Assembly: GCA_010015805.1 (NCBI GenBank)
Contig: ML978146.1
Coordinates: 62,001 to 126,000 of the forward strand
Direction of reading: 5' to 3'
DNA: 64,000 nucleotides
DNA from: Rhizodiscina lignyota
Lineage: Eukaryota
The translations under genes and the position numbers were made by a program. A model generated the notes under the pieces. The model saw only the letters and a program-made list of their open reading frames with translations, had not been told where the DNA came from and did no database searches. Shown here one piece after another: positions 1-13,972 of the stretch (positions within the stretch are counted from its first letter, which is position 1; every line of letters begins with the position of its first letter).

Positions 1-942
1 AGTGCCGGTCCGCGCCGAAGTACCCGCACTCGCTCACGCCTCCCTGCCTTTTCCGTTGGAAACTCAGAGAAAACGCCAAGCAAGACCATCTCCGTCAAAC
101 GTACCGCAGATGGCTCAGACCCCACAGCTGTCGTGATCAAGAAGACCGAGGCGCAAGAGCTCAGCATCCTGACGCGGGCCAACACCCGACGAAACAAAGG
201 CTCTGCTGTTGTTCGACAGGTGCGTTTGAAGAAATTGAGGACCGAAGGGATGGCGCCTGCATGGGTGGAGGGGAAAGTGAAGGATATGCCGGCCATCAAT
301 GCTGCTGAGAAACTCATAGACAGCAGTGCGGATCATGATGGAAGTGCTTTTGAGCAGCCTTGGAGGATACTAGAGGACGGCGAGAAGGGTGTTAGATGGC
401 GGCCAAATGAAGAGCTATTCTCATTCTTTGGGAATACTAGTTCAATTATGGATTTCGGCACTTCTGTGTCGGGCGCGACGCCTGGTGGTGAAGACACACT
501 TACAAGCGTCCCCCCGCCCTCGTCACGTAGAGTACTCTCGGCGGCGGTACTACCAGCGCACACCGAAATTGACAGCCCGAAGAAAGCGGCTCCTCGTCTC
601 AGGCGCCTACGTGGCTTAGGCGCCGCAAACGGCACCCCGGCAAAAGGCTTCCTGTCATCGGCTCTTCTGCCGGATGAAGTAGCAGAGGAAAAGGAGAAGG
701 GAGATGAGCGGGTGAACAAGAAGACGAAGCTTCCAACTGCGAAAGAGCGGAAGAGTAGGATCGCCACTCCAAGAAAGTTGAAGCTCACTCCTGTCGGGTT
801 GAGTGCTAGTCAGAATGGCACGGCAGAAAAGGACGAGAAGGGGGCACAGGAGGCGAAGGAAAGGAGACTTGCAAGCCCGAGGAAGATCTCTCAGTTTGGT
901 GTTGCTGCTCCGGCTGGAGGAAGGGGTAGGAAGAAGACGTAG
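1..942 (+). CDS. 3' part of a low-complexity, basic fungal hypothetical protein (5' end outside window)
   Basis: Frame 1 is open from base 1 to TAG at 942; Lys/Arg/Ser/Pro-rich, with LTRANTRRNKG motif; no recognisable domain. Confidence 0.6.
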   Translation, partial: SAGPRRSTRTRSRLPAFSVGNSEKTPSKTISVKRTADGSDPTAVVIKKTEAQELSILTRANTRRNKGSAVVRQVRLKKLRTEGMAPAWVEGKVKDMPAINAAEKLIDSSADHDGSAFEQPWRILEDGEKGVRWRPNEELFSFFGNTSSIMDFGTSVSGATPGGEDTLTSVPPPSSRRVLSAAVLPAHTEIDSPKKAAPRLRRLRGLGAANGTPAKGFLSSALLPDEVAEEKEKGDERVNKKTKLPTAKERKSRIATPRKLKLTPVGLSASQNGTAEKDEKGAQEAKERRLASPRKISQFGVAAPAGGRGRKKT

Positions 943-2472
943 ATGCGTTGATGTGTGCTTTGCTTTTGAGCTATCTGATGTTGCAGGGGAATGAGACACG
1001 ATGTGACGTACTTTGCTTCATGTGCAGGTTAGGGAATGATGACAAGTGACGAGATATACATGCGGTACGGGAACACGAGCGCTTGTTCTACGGTCTTGGG
1101 GATGATCAAGTAGCTGGCCTTGGTGCTCATAAGGATGCTATGTCCAAAGCTTGCTCTTTCGTTTAATCGAGACTCCGAGAGCAATAACGATGCCTCTCTA
1201 CTTATGCAATTCCACCAGGGCGGACCCGACGTCAGTTCTTTCCGAGTACTACGGACTGTTGTTCGTTCTTTGGAGGTAGTAGCAAAGACATACCCAAAGG
1301 GAATACCCATCTAGAGCAAGCGATTAGCGAGAGTTTGTCAGTAAGTCTGTTTTTTGTTCGCGTCCGACTTATCCAAGAGGCCTTCATAAGTTCGAAAGCG
1401 AGGTTAACGATCAGAGGCCGGGCGATCTTCCTGAGGTTGGTAACCATTTACCCATGTCGTCTACGAGAGGTAGAATATTCTTTTCTCTTCACTAGAGATT
1501 TTATACATTGCGATTCCAGGTATATCGGTGCATTCAGATTTGGCAAGCGCTGAATCATTGGTAACGCCGAACAAGTATTTGGGGTGCATCGTCTTCGCTA
1601 ATAACTCAAACTGTCCTCTCGAACCATTAACAACATTAGGGAAGAGGTGCACAGGGTGATCAAGGCTGCAAGGTGACACATAGACTAGAGTGAGCCCTGT
1701 CTCGATCTTCCTCTCTGAAGCCGGGGTCGCGTGGAAATATTGAATGCCATTCTCGCCTGAATTATGCCAGTGCTATACTCAGGTCAATCTATGTGGAATA
1801 GATGAAAGAATGTTCGTTATAATATGTTTATTTGATGTACCTTGACGGAAAAATTAGGTCGCTATGACGATCTGCCGCATGCTGTCGCCCCGCTAAGCTG
1901 CATTGGGACAAGCCGGGATCCAACGACCAGTCCACGCTCGCCACCACCGAGGCATGTCTCTCCCTCCAGATCCTCTCACAGCAGACGAGAAGGCCAAGCA
2001 ACGGCATCGTTCTCGCATATGTACAGATTCCGGCAGAACTTCAGCGTTCAATCGAATATCGGGCCAAGCTCGTACGGCTGATGTCCGATTTGAGCCATGT
2101 CGGCCCGCCGCCGAATTTTCCATCGTCATGACCATCCTCCGCTTAGCGATCCTCCATCGTGCCAACTGACCTGCATCCTGCCCTGACCTTCTCCACACTT
2201 TTTGCGGAGAAGTGTCGTATCCCACTTTCCAACTACAGCAACGCTCCCGCTCACAAGGCGCCGTCCAGTCGCTGAACGGCATGGCTTTCCTCGAGATCGC
2301 CATAATCGGCATCCCCGCGCGAGGCCCGCCTGTTGATGCTACGGTGCCTTGCGGGTGATGGTACATTTCGTATAACCTCGTTTGCAAGTTCTTCCCTGTT
2401 CGTATATATCCATGGCCTCCTGCATCTCTCAATATTGCGTGCTGAAGGCGAGATCCCAAAATTCCAGTCACC

Positions 2473-5233
2473 ATGATGGCCAAAACCTTCAGGCTGGCAT
2501 TGCTGGCATTGCTGTGTTCTTCCTTCGTCATTGCTAAACATGGCTCCGTTAGTGACTGTCCTGGTTATGTTGCCTCGAATGTAGTTCACTCCAAGTCTGG
2601 GGTCACTGCAGACCTCAAGCTTGCCGGAAAGGCATGCAATGCGTATGGAACAGACCTTACAGAACTGAAGTTGAAGGCAGAATATCAAACAGGTACTTCA
2701 TCTAACTGAGATATTGAAGAATAAAACTGAGCGTTGTCCAGATACTCGACTCCACGTACAGATCTATGATCCAGCTCTCCAAGTTTATCAAGTCCCAACC
2801 AGCGTGCTTGCACGTCCAGGTGGAACTGCATCGGACGGCTCATGCGACCTTGAATTCGCCATCGTTGAGAAGCCATTCTCCTTCAAGGTGACCCGAAAGA
2901 GCTCTGGTGAGACTCTTTTCGACACGTCAAGCTCGCAGCTCATCTTTGAATCGCAATATCTGCGATTGAGGACGAAGCTCCCAGAGAGCCCGCATCTGTA
3001 TGGCCTTGGAGAGCATACGGACCCATTTATGCTGAACACAACGAATTACACCAGGACTCTTTGGTCACGGGATGCTTACGGTGTTCCGACTGGATCCAAC
3101 CTGTACGGCAATCATCCAATCTACTTTGACCATCGTGGCTCTTCCGGCACTCACGGCGTATTCCTATTGAGCAGCAATGGCATGGATATCAAGATCAACA
3201 AGACTTCTGCAGACGGACAATACCTTGAATATAATACCATTGGCGGAATCTTTGATCTCTACTTCCTCGCTGGTCCGACTCCCAAAGATGTGGCTCAGCA
3301 ATATGCGGGGACGATCGGAAAGCCGGTCATGATGCCATATTGGGGCTTTGGCTTCCATCAATGTAAGTACGGGTACGTCGATGTGTACCAGGTTGCAGAG
3401 GTTGTCGCGAACTACTCCGCCAATCATATTCCGTTGGAGACCATGTGGACCGACATTGATTATATGGACAAGCGAAAAGTCTTCACTCTGGACCCTGATA
3501 GATTCCCGCTGGAGAAGATGAGGGAGCTGGTCAGCACTCTCCATGCTCGTCAGCAGCATTATGTTGTTATGGTTGACCCTGCGGTTGCCTACCAAGACTA
3601 CCCGCCATTCAACAACGGTGTCGAGCAAGATGCGTTCCTCAAGCTTGCGAATGGCTCCGTTTATAAGGGTGTGGTTTGGCCTGGTGTCACGGCATTCCCG
3701 GATTGGTTCTCCAAAGGAGCGCAAGGTTATTGGAACAGCGAGTTTGCGTCCTTCTTTTCTTCCTCGAGTGGAGTCGATATTGATGCCCTGTGGATTGACA
3801 TGAACGAGGCGTCCAACTTCTGCAACTGGCCGTGCAGTAATCCTGAAGCATTTGCTGTGGAAAATGGCGATCCACCACCGCCTCAGGCACTTAGAAATAG
3901 TGCCACGAGACCCAGTATTCCTGGATTCCCAGCAGACTTCCAACCGCACCCGTCCTCATCTGCCAAGCTTCGCCGACGCGAGCCAACCGGCAACATGAAG
4001 GGTCTGCCTGGAAGGGACGTGATTAATCCCCCGTACATGATTCAGAACGCTGCGGGTTCATTGAGCAATAAGACGCTTGACACCAACCTGATCCATGAGA
4101 ATGGCCTGGTTGAATACGATACCCATAACCTTTACGGAACTATGATGTCTGAAGCGAGTCGCAACGCCATGGAGAATCGTCGTCCAGGCAGGCGCCCGCT
4201 TGTAATAACACGCAGCACATTTGCTGGTGCTGGGGCTCACGTCGGTCATTGGTTGGGTGACAATTTTAGCGATTGGGATCATTACAGAATCTCGATTGCC
4301 GAGCTCATGGCTTTCGCCGCCATCTTCCAGATTCCGATGGTTGGTTCCGACGTATGCGGCTATGCTGTAAGTCATGAGTTTGATATTACAATGAACAAGC
4401 TGCTTACAAGACAATAGGAGAATACTACAGAAACTCTCTGTGCGCGATGGGCAACCTTGGGTGCCTTTTCACCCTTCTTCCGTAACCATGCTGATATCGC
4501 CGCCAATTATCAAGAGTTCTATCGCTGGCCGACTGTTGCGCAGGCGGCGCGAAATGCCATCGGCGCGCGTTATCAACTTCTCGACTACATCTACACGGGA
4601 TTGCATACGCAGACCGTTAGCGGTACTCCTCTCATCAACCCTCTCTTCTTCAACTACCCAAACGACAAGAATACCTTCCCGATTCAGTATCAATACTTCT
4701 ACGGCGACTCTGTCCTCGTCAGCCCGGTCACAGAGGAGAACGCAACATCGGTAGACATCTACCTACCCGACGACATCTTCTACGACTTCTGGACCCATGA
4801 GCCTGTGCGCGGCCACGGTGCCACGGTCCACCTCGCCGATGTACCTCTCACGACCATCCCGCTTCACTACAAAGGCGGCTCTATCATTCCTCTGCGAGCG
4901 GAAAGCGCAAACACCACGACGGAGTTGCGCAAGAAGAACTTCCAGATCATCATTGCCCCAGGTCTGGACGGTTCGGCGAGCGGCAGCTTGTACCTCGATG
5001 AGGGCGACGCGATTGCGCAGCCGAAGACTAGCGAGATTAACTTCAACTATGTGAATGGGAGGTTTAGCATGACGGGAAGTTTCGGATATGACGCGGGAGT
5101 TGTGATTGAGAGCATTGTGCTGCTTGGTGCGAAGAGTGATAGCGGTAGCTCGTACTCTTCCACGTCGAGGAAGTCGGCTACAACATCAATCAGCATTCCT
5201 TTGACTAAAGCAACGAGTGTTCACTTGGCTTGA
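2473..5233 (+). CDS. Secreted glycoside hydrolase family 31 alpha-glucosidase (3 exons)
   Basis: Signal peptide [17 protein letters not shown]31 motifs [14 protein letters not shown], catalytic [28 protein letters not shown]; introns about 2693-2741 and 4367-4417. Confidence 0.95.
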
Positions 5234-5714
5234 AGGCAGCGCGATGCATAGTATGAGTTGATAGCGCCTGAACTATGCATCCGCTCCGGACAGATAGGTT
5301 TAATGAAAACATGGTTCATGCGTGTGATGTATTGCTTGCATTTTCTCTTGTCCTCGGACAACCAATTCTACCAGGCTATTTGATAATCAAGGCAAAGCAC
5401 TCACAGCGTACGCATCTATCCCCACTTGCTTCGCAGGAAAGATATGCCGGGCAAAGAGGGAACTATGATTGGGCGTCAGACGTAGTTGTGGGGCAGGGGG
5501 TTGACCGCTCCCTGCCCGCTCCTTGCCCGCTTTCCCTGCCCGCCACGCGTTCCCCAGGTTTACCGTAGGGGCTTAGACACCGGCAGCGCTACCTCCTAAA
5601 TGCTCCCTAAATTCAATAATGCACGTATCTATTGGCGCTCTTTCCTTTTAACTCGCATTGGCTTGTTCCTACACCTTACTCCTTGTTCAACACTCCAGCT
5701 AACACTAGAACTCA

Positions 5715-7823
5715 ATGAATAGTCTTGACTCAGACAGATCAAGTTCTGCGCACGCAAGTCGCGCAAAGAGTTGCACACGCTGTCGCCAGGCCAAGCTTGC
5801 TTGCGATGCACGAAAGACCTTGAACGGGCCCTGTTCTCGGTGCAAATCAAAGGGACTTGATTGTCGTTTTGATGCCAAATTCAAGCGCGTGTCAACAAGG
5901 AGGTAGGTCGATATCTCTCTCTATTAGCATCTGCCTTAGTCTAACTAGAACAGGCTTGCGACAGAGATCAGCCACGAGCTACATGCTTTGCGCTCTGCAG
6001 AAGAACCCTTTAGTTTGCACTCAACCCAAAATCTCGAGACTGTGCCAGAGAATGAGAACAAGGCATTGGCGGCAGAGGCCGAGTGGTGTAGCACTAACCT
6101 TCCAGAACACGCATTGTCTTGGCTTGATACTATGAAGGCCGACGTAGCGTGTTCTTACACACTGGGTAAAGTCCAGCTCGAGGCCCAGTGTGCTATCGAA
6201 TTGTTTCAGTAGTATGTATCAACGACATTTTGTTATCCTCTCTTTGTTGACTGAGCTCTCTAGCTTCGGCCTGCACCATCACCCTCATGCAATGTTCTTG
6301 CAGCCTGTGACCACTCTGTCGGATCTACTTGAAAGATCGCCACTGCTTTTTGCGACTATCATCCTAGTGGCCAGTCGAGAACAGGATCGTTTTACGGCTG
6401 TTTATCACGAAGTAGCTACTGAGCACGAGGAACTCTTGTCCCCAATACTTCGCAAAGCCATCCAGCGAATTGAAACTATCCATGCGTTACTTCTTCTTTG
6501 CTTGTGGCCAGTTCCGCAATCGCACTACTTCAATAACCCAGCTTGGAACTATACCGGTCTTGCAATTCATGCTGCAACCCAACTGCATTGTCATAGCCCC
6601 CTGGGTTCTGGTAGAGACTCGAATGGATGGCCAGGCTTTGGCCTTGTTGCTGAGGGTGCCGTAAAGATGACGGATCAGGCTCAGACTTGGTTAGGCTGCT
6701 TTCGGGTGGGAACTGCGTATGTGTGGCAGACCCACAGGTGTACACATGCTGACTGCTTCAAAGAGTTGCCACATTTTCCGGGTTGCCACTGCCAATATCA
6801 ACGCAACAGCACATGAGATCCATCGACAAAGCCTTACAGACTACATCAAATATGACCCCGTCCTGGTGGACCGCCTTATTTTCAATCCTCAAGACTACGA
6901 ACTCCATTACGGCCACTCTCGAAAATATCGAGGATCATGCTTTGCATTTCTCAGTCACACAGATGTTTAGCGAGCAACTGGACAAGCTCAAACGAGAGTG
7001 TCTAGCCTCATGGAGGCCAGAGCTTGAAATTGAATGGTGTAACGCCAAACTGTATCTCTTTGCTTTGACTTTCACCACTCCGGCTAATGCAGATCCGAGC
7101 CAAGATACACAAATACGGATTCATCGTCAAATGATCCTGCAAAAAGCTTCCGAAGTTGCTTCGAATCTCATTACTCAATTTGTAAAACTCGGTCAACTAG
7201 GTGCATCGGAATCGCATCCAGGCGGCTTACTCAAGTTCGTGCCGGAGCTTTATCTCACCTCTCTTTTCAATGCTACGACGTTTCTCTTCAGATTCATGGC
7301 TACCTTCATGACGCGTACACCGGCGCAAGGAAGTCAAGCTATGGGCTTGATAATAGAAGCACACAAAATATTTCAGTCATACCCGGCACACAGAGAGTTC
7401 ACGCGTGCCGCCATTCATATTGAGGCGCTGATTGGTATCCTCAAGCAAGGCGCTCCAGTCGGCATGAGCGAGCTGGCTGTGAAGAACAAACTAGGAGCGT
7501 CAGTCATGTTTGACGCAATATTCCACGCATGCCGCCAGAGAAATATAGACCCGAGCACTGGTAGGCCTTTAGCAGTGCGGGAATGGAGGACGGTGAATGA
7601 AACCTTTGCCCAGAGGCTACCTGAAGCTCCGACAATCAAGACGCAAAGCAATGTTCGAGGAGTCGATTCTGGAAAGAACACTCTTGAGTCAGATCAGCAA
7701 TTCATGGTCTCGGGGGGGCAAACCCCACGATGGTGGGAAGAATGGGATAATTACATTGATCTCTTCCAAGTTGGCGAGGAGCAGCTGGATATGGATATGG
7801 GGTGGTCTCTAGACGACAATTAG
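5715..7823 (+). CDS. Zn2Cys6 (GAL4-type) transcription factor, multi-exon
   Basis: CTRCRQAKLACDARKTLNGPCSRCKSKGLDC binuclear cluster, then downstream exons with a helical middle region and acidic/aromatic C-terminus. Confidence 0.9.
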
Positions 7824-8529
7824 GCGACCTCACGTCTACACGATTAGGGAGTTCCTCTATTAAAGAAGCGGAAGGAGCAGGGAAACTCATGCAGTAAATC
7901 GCGGATCATTTTTGTCAATGTGTCTGAGCGCCACAAACGGGATCATATAAATTTGCCAGAGAGTGCATCTTTCCGGCGATGTAACTTACAAAGTCGCATA
8001 TAAGTCTCAGCCTCAGGAGACCCTGGAAAAATGAGTATGTCTGTTCGTCAGCTTACTGAGCGAACACGATCAAGGCAGTGTAGTTTAATAGGAGTCCAGA
8101 ACGGCAAGTCGGAGATTTTGAGTGTTGTGGTGGAGCAACGACTGGTTTGTCTGCATGGTTCTAAGGATTCCTCCGATTATCCCTCAGCTCCGCCACTTGT
8201 GTCCGTGAGCGTTTCTCATTGGCATTTTATTATGGCAACACGTACAAATACATGTGAACCGTCCTCCTTGCCTGTTGAGGTCAAATTGCTGCCTACGCGT
8301 CGTATCTTTACTAATCACAAACGAGGGTTTATGCTTTCATAGTGGGTACGCAAAGCCGAAGTGCGGCTTTCGCAGTGCGGCTTTCGCAGTTCGGCGCTTT
8401 GCCCATCAATTAATGTGAACATATTTAAGACTGTCGATATGCACACTAGATGCATTATGTCCCCTTCTCAGAATAATTTCGGTCTCTCCAAGCTTACAAC
8501 CAGAGCTCGCAGTCTGTTCAATCGTCACG

Positions 8530-10497
8530 ATGCGCGTCAAGACGTTAGCTCTACTGCCGCTGCTCCAGACACTCGCCCACCTCTCATCAATCTTCGGCAG
8601 CGTTCAAGCCCAGGATGCAAGGTGCAGATCGACACCAAACGATGCATCTTGGCCCAGTATCTACCAATGGAATCACCTCAATGAAAGCCTTTATGGGCGC
8701 TTGTTGCGCCCGTCTCCACCTGCATTGGGATGTCACTCCTCCTCCCCACATTCCAACGACACTTGCGCCAACCTCAAGAAATCTTGGGCCACGTTCCCCT
8801 TCCACCAAGACAACCCCATAAGTACGGCGTGGAATAACATGAATAATGACTCATGTCTTCCAAACACATCTGCACCGTGTAGTGGGCTGGGATATCCGGT
8901 TTACGTTGTCAATGCGACGTCTGCGAGGGATGTCAAACTCGCAATTGACTTTGCCAGGGAGAATAACATAAGGTTGAATGTCAAAGCATCGGGGCATGAC
9001 TACCTGAAACGGTATGTTCATCCAATCAAGTGAATTGATGCCTGATCGACTGAGAAGTGATGATTATCTGACTGGAAGAAAAGATCTGCAGCTCCATATT
9101 CATTATCAATCTGGACGAGATATATGGTCGGCGGATACGATTATCATGACGAGTTCAAACCAAGGGGCTGCGATATCATAATCAATACTACAGCAGTAAC
9201 TGCAGGTGCTGGATCATATGTCCGCGACATATACTATAACTTGGATCAACAGAATCAAACAGCCGTTGATGGATTGGGACCGGAAGTCACCTTGGGTGGT
9301 TACCTTACTGGTGGCGGCCATAGTCCAATTTCGAACATCTACGGCCTCGGCGCTGATCAGATTTACGAGGTGGAGATGGTAACACCCACAGGAGAGATAA
9401 TCACAGCGAACGAATGTCAGAATACAGACCTGTTTTGGGCGGTTCGAGGAGTAAGTGTTGACTTTTCCTCCGATCTTTGGAAATGTTTCTAACATCTCAG
9501 GGTGGCGGGAGTACGTTTGGAGTTTTGACGAGGGTGACTATTCGAACTGTTCCGGCGACCCCAATCGCGGTATATGACTTCACTCTCGAAGCGGAGCCAA
9601 ATTCCACAACATACTGGGACATTGTGAAATATTTCCTGGCACAATTTCCCGCTCTGGCTGCCTCGAACGTTTCGGCGTATACATATCTGTATCCTAATAT
9701 GGATTCTGTGGCATCTTTCGAGGGAGTCTTTGCCTTGTCTAACCCCGCTTCGGCGAATGCATTAGAGGACATGTGGATACCCTTTTGGAGTCATGTCAAT
9801 GAGACGTATCCTAACAAGACAGTTGCAAAAGCAAAATCGACCATCTTTCCAAACTTGTATAGTTTGTTTCTCGAGTACGCTGACACTTCTGGAGCAGGAG
9901 TGGACAAGGTGGTAGGGTCACGTCTTTTGCCCTCGGAGGCCTTGACGGATGATGCTTTCAGCAATGCTTTGATCGACTTTCTAGGAGATTCGGGGGGAAG
10001 ACTATATATGGTTTCCGGAAAAGGGGTCTGGGACGCGGAACCAAGAGGTGGCAACAATGCTGTCAACCCCGCCTGGAGAAACGCGCTGGTCCACGCTGGT
10101 GAGTTAAAATACTTTGCCCTGGAGTGGCGATTTCAAGACTTTGACACCTCATAGTGACTTCTCAAAGCTGGATGCCTCTCAATGAGACTCAGCGCGCGAT
10201 CGTCGAGCATGACATCAACAACGTCCAGACTGACGCTTTCCGGCAGTTGGTCCCTCATTCGGGAGCTTACCTAAATGAGGTATGTTTTCCTAACCCTCTG
10301 CTTCCGTAATGAAATAGCTACTAATAATACAGGCCTACTGGAATGAACCCAACTTCCAGCAAGCATTCTGGGGGTCCAACTACAAAAGGCTGCAAGAGAT
10401 TAAGAGGGCCGTCGATCCTGATGATGTATTTTGGTGTCATGTTTGTGTTGGAAGCGAGGGATGGAAAGAAATTGGAGAGTCTTTGTGTCGAGTTTGA
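8530..10497 (+). CDS. Secreted FAD-linked oxidoreductase (BBE-like/VAO family, AA7-like), multi-exon
   Basis: Signal peptide; KASGHDY flavinylation motif; GGYLTGGGHS; DLFWAVRG/GGGSTFGV; C-terminal GAYLNE, FWGSNY, VDPDDVFWC; last exon ends TGA at 10497. Confidence 0.93.
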
Positions 10498-11435
10498 TAC
10501 AGAGGAGGTGTTGAACGGGCCAGTCACAATCTATAGCTTAATTATGTATATTTAATCGGTTTGAGAGCCATCTGCTCTCTCGTCCCTCTCCAACCTTTAA
10601 TTCACAAGTTTTCCAAACAGTTATCACAGATTATCGCTGTTTGACGCTTTATAGTGATCATTCGCTTGACAGGAGAAGAGAGGGCAGCAAATAATGTATA
10701 GCAAGCCCGTAAATCCTCATCTATTTCCTTTGAAGAAAATTTTATGTCTCTACTGCCATGTAAGGTTGTATATCTAGTAAATCTTCAGCGGATTAGGATG
10801 AAAGTTAGGGTTTCCGTAATGAGCCCTGTTCCATGCACTGTTCTTGAAAGTTCGTAGTCACCTGAAACGTCGGCTTAGGAAAGCTGCTCTTGCCCTCACC
10901 ATGGTCCAGCTACACCGGAATAAAGCGAATTTGATAGCCGTTGCCCAGTAGGCCGAATGATGTCCTTTGGACCATGGCACGTAGTAGAGTAACTACGGTA
11001 CCTCCCGCCCCAGAATGCCACGTCCCGAGCGATAAATAGGGAGAAAGAGGCGCCGACAGAGTATACAACCTCGAGGAAGCTATGACCGTAACTTGCGTCT
11101 AGGGAGGCTGAAAATTGGGCGACGGTATTCCATCCACAAATGACCTCGTCTATGGATTTTGATGGGTAGGTGATAACGTTTTGCAAAATGAGCTTGCCGG
11201 AGAATGCGAGAGTAAAGATATGCGGATACCATATGGGCTGAAACCAGGAATCATAGCGAATATATTCATTGCGCGCTCGAGTGTCCTTACATTTCTCCAT
11301 ATATAGAAGCTCAAAATGCAACTCGAGCTCAGTTTACCACAGCCACAACACAGGGTAGCTTAGTCTCTGCCCCTAGTAAATGACCGTAAGCTCAAGTTTG
11401 AAAGAGGAATCGGACTTTAGTATCTAGGGCCGCTT

Positions 11436-12730
11436 TCAAACATAGTATCTATCGTTATTTGATAACCAAGCCAGAGCGCTCAACGCATACGCATCTATCC
11501 TTACTTGTATTGTAGGAAAAATTTGCGGGGCAAAGAGGGAGTTGTGATTGCCTGGAATGCTCTCGGCCAATGTACCTTTATTTTGCGCCTGATCAACTTT
11601 GTCGGATGCGGTACAGCCATATGCGAATAGTAGAGCAGACGCAAGAATGCAAAAGTCTTCACTAAAACTGAGCCTCGGGTAGTTTGCAACATAACTGTGA
11701 TCACCAGAGCAAAAGTGATCGGAGAAGGCCTTCCCTACTCGTTCAGTCATACTGTCGTCGTTGATGGTCACGGGAAAGGTGCGGGTTGGGACAATTGTGG
11801 GAATGTCGACCCCATTGGACGCTACGCTCTTAGCTTGGACGATGCGCAGGACCCCATTGTATAACTTTTGTCTCGTGTCTTGGTTGTTGGCACGAATGTC
11901 AATAGTGATGGTAGCATCGTCGCTCACAACATTTTCCGCAGGAGTCCCAGAGTAGAAGCTTGCACATGTGACCACTGCATGCTCGCTGGGATGAATTTCC
12001 CGGGACACAAGAGTCTGCAGCCTCAGGACGGCACTGGAGGCCATGATGATGGGATCCACAAGACGCTCCGGCATGGAGGCATGTCCACCACGGCCATGGA
12101 ACGTGACGCGGAGGTTGTCGCAGGAGCTGGCCATCGTACCTGGCCGGATACCGACGACACCGGCGCGCGCAGGAACGACGTGACCACTGAAGACTAACCC
12201 TAAACGTCGGGAACAGGGACATTGTGTCGCTTATAATCGTACAGACCGTCGTCGACCATGCTTTGCGCACCGGTGCCACGCTCTTCAGCAGGCTGAAAGA
12301 GAAGGACGATAGTACCGTGCCATACATCCCTGGCAGAGAGCATGAGTTCGGCGTACGCCAGGAGGCAGGTTACATGCATGTCGTGGCCACACGCATGCAT
12401 CACCGGCTGCTCTCGTCCGTGGAGGTCAACAACGCGCTTCGTGCTGGCGTAGGCAGGGCCGGTTCGTTCTTCGACAGGAAGAGCGTCCATGTCGGCGCGC
12501 GAGAGCACGGTAGGGCCATTATCATTGCGAAGGATGGCAACGACACCATGGCCTCCGATATTTGAGCGAATATCAAAGTCAGGTGAGAGCTGGCGTAAAT
12601 GAGCGACGGCGGCGGCTGCAGTTTCTGCTTCTTGACTGGACAACTCGGGATTCGAGTGAAAGTGTTTATACAGCTGCTCGTAGGATGAGAGCCCGGGCCG
12701 GTGGGCCTCGAGAATTTTGGTTAGGGACAT
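11436..12730 (-). pseudogene. M20 family amidohydrolase (hippurate hydrolase-like), frameshifted
   Basis: HSNPELS, RADMDALPV, MHACGHDMH, FQPAEE, GRGGHASMP, SEDF, NH motifs split over two ORFs; 8-bp insertion near 12195-12203 creates TAG stops and a frameshift. Confidence 0.85.
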
Positions 12731-13972
12731 GACGGAAAATGATCATGAAAGGTGACAGCGAATTTTTGCTGGGCTTGTGGAAAGACACTTACAGATATAG
12801 CGGGTCTGTGTTCCAGTGAGTCATTGGATTGGAGGTACCCACCAGCGTTGCGATGTTACATGATATAGCGCTACAGCAGTTATATGTGAGGCTCATAATA
12901 GCTTCTCAGTACGTAGCGGAGTCTTATTACGCAGACAGGGGGTTCTTTGGGAGAGACAGTGTTGGAGCATACAACGAGCACGAAGTGGCGAATCTCGTGG
13001 ATTGATTAAAGAGAGAGAAATCCCTGAAGGAGAGATGCTGTAATACACGAGTGCACGTGCTCGCGCGCTAGGATGTGCTGGTGCGCACCTCCTGACAGGC
13101 CGTAGGGATACTTGTGTATTGTATGTCGCTTGGTGTAATACTCCCACCACTCTCCCTTTCTCTCAACCTCCGAGCAACAACAATTACACATACCAATGCG
13201 AGCTCCCAGCGAGGCGCAATGCCCATGGACTTGTTTTGCTCCCTTTTCTCCCATTATGGTTGTATCCAGCGCTCCGTCTCTCCCTCGCTATCTGAGCAAT
13301 GACAATGCGCAAGCCTGTGCGAGCTTCCAATGTGGTATCGTAAGGCTCTTGAACCGTCGCACGGGCTGTTCTGATCCTATCTCTTCCCCTTTATGGCTAT
13401 ATGCAGCGCTTTGTCTCTCCATTGCTGTGCGTGCAACCACACAAGCGGATGCGATCTCGCCGTAAGACTATTGATCCCGGAAAGGAAAGGTCTCTGTTCA
13501 GACGGCCTGAGATACATGGAACACTTAGCCGTACAATGCTTGAACCTACTCTGTACAACTTTTTTCAGCTAACCAATTATGTCAACTATACGGCGGTAAG
13601 TTGAGCTTCAAGATGCTTGTTGGGTAGCACGACTGAATTTTAGAGTCGCACTCTCTTCGGTCGAGGTATATGAAACATATACGTGGTCCAACTCTCGGCT
13701 TTGGTCGTGCTACACTAGCGCTCATGCCTGTCTCGCACTAGCTTAACTAAGACAGGTGTAGTCGTGGTAGGTCTATTAGTTTAAAATCCAGGGAATTGGA
13801 AGAGCGCAACTGCTGGGCAGCGGACTGTTCGATATAAAGTCGTGCTTGTCCGGCTTTGAATGAAAGTAAACCACCAAAACTAGTACCAGCCTCGATTCTT
13901 TCTCATATCAAGCCCAAAGAATTCAGCTTCTGGAAAATTCTTAAATCTCAATCTTTCCTCAGGCTTAACGAA

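Noticed and set aside
1029..1800. Short ORFs, possibly a decayed gene
   Set aside because: No recognisable motif in any frame
3164..3949. Long antisense ORFs (e.g. 3164-3949, 31744-32529, 59414-59962)
   Set aside because: They overlap well-supported genes on the opposite strand; codon-bias shadows
10896..11321. 141-aa minus-strand ORF with a hydrophobic stretch, vaguely permease-like
   Set aside because: Non-ATG start and no convincing family motif
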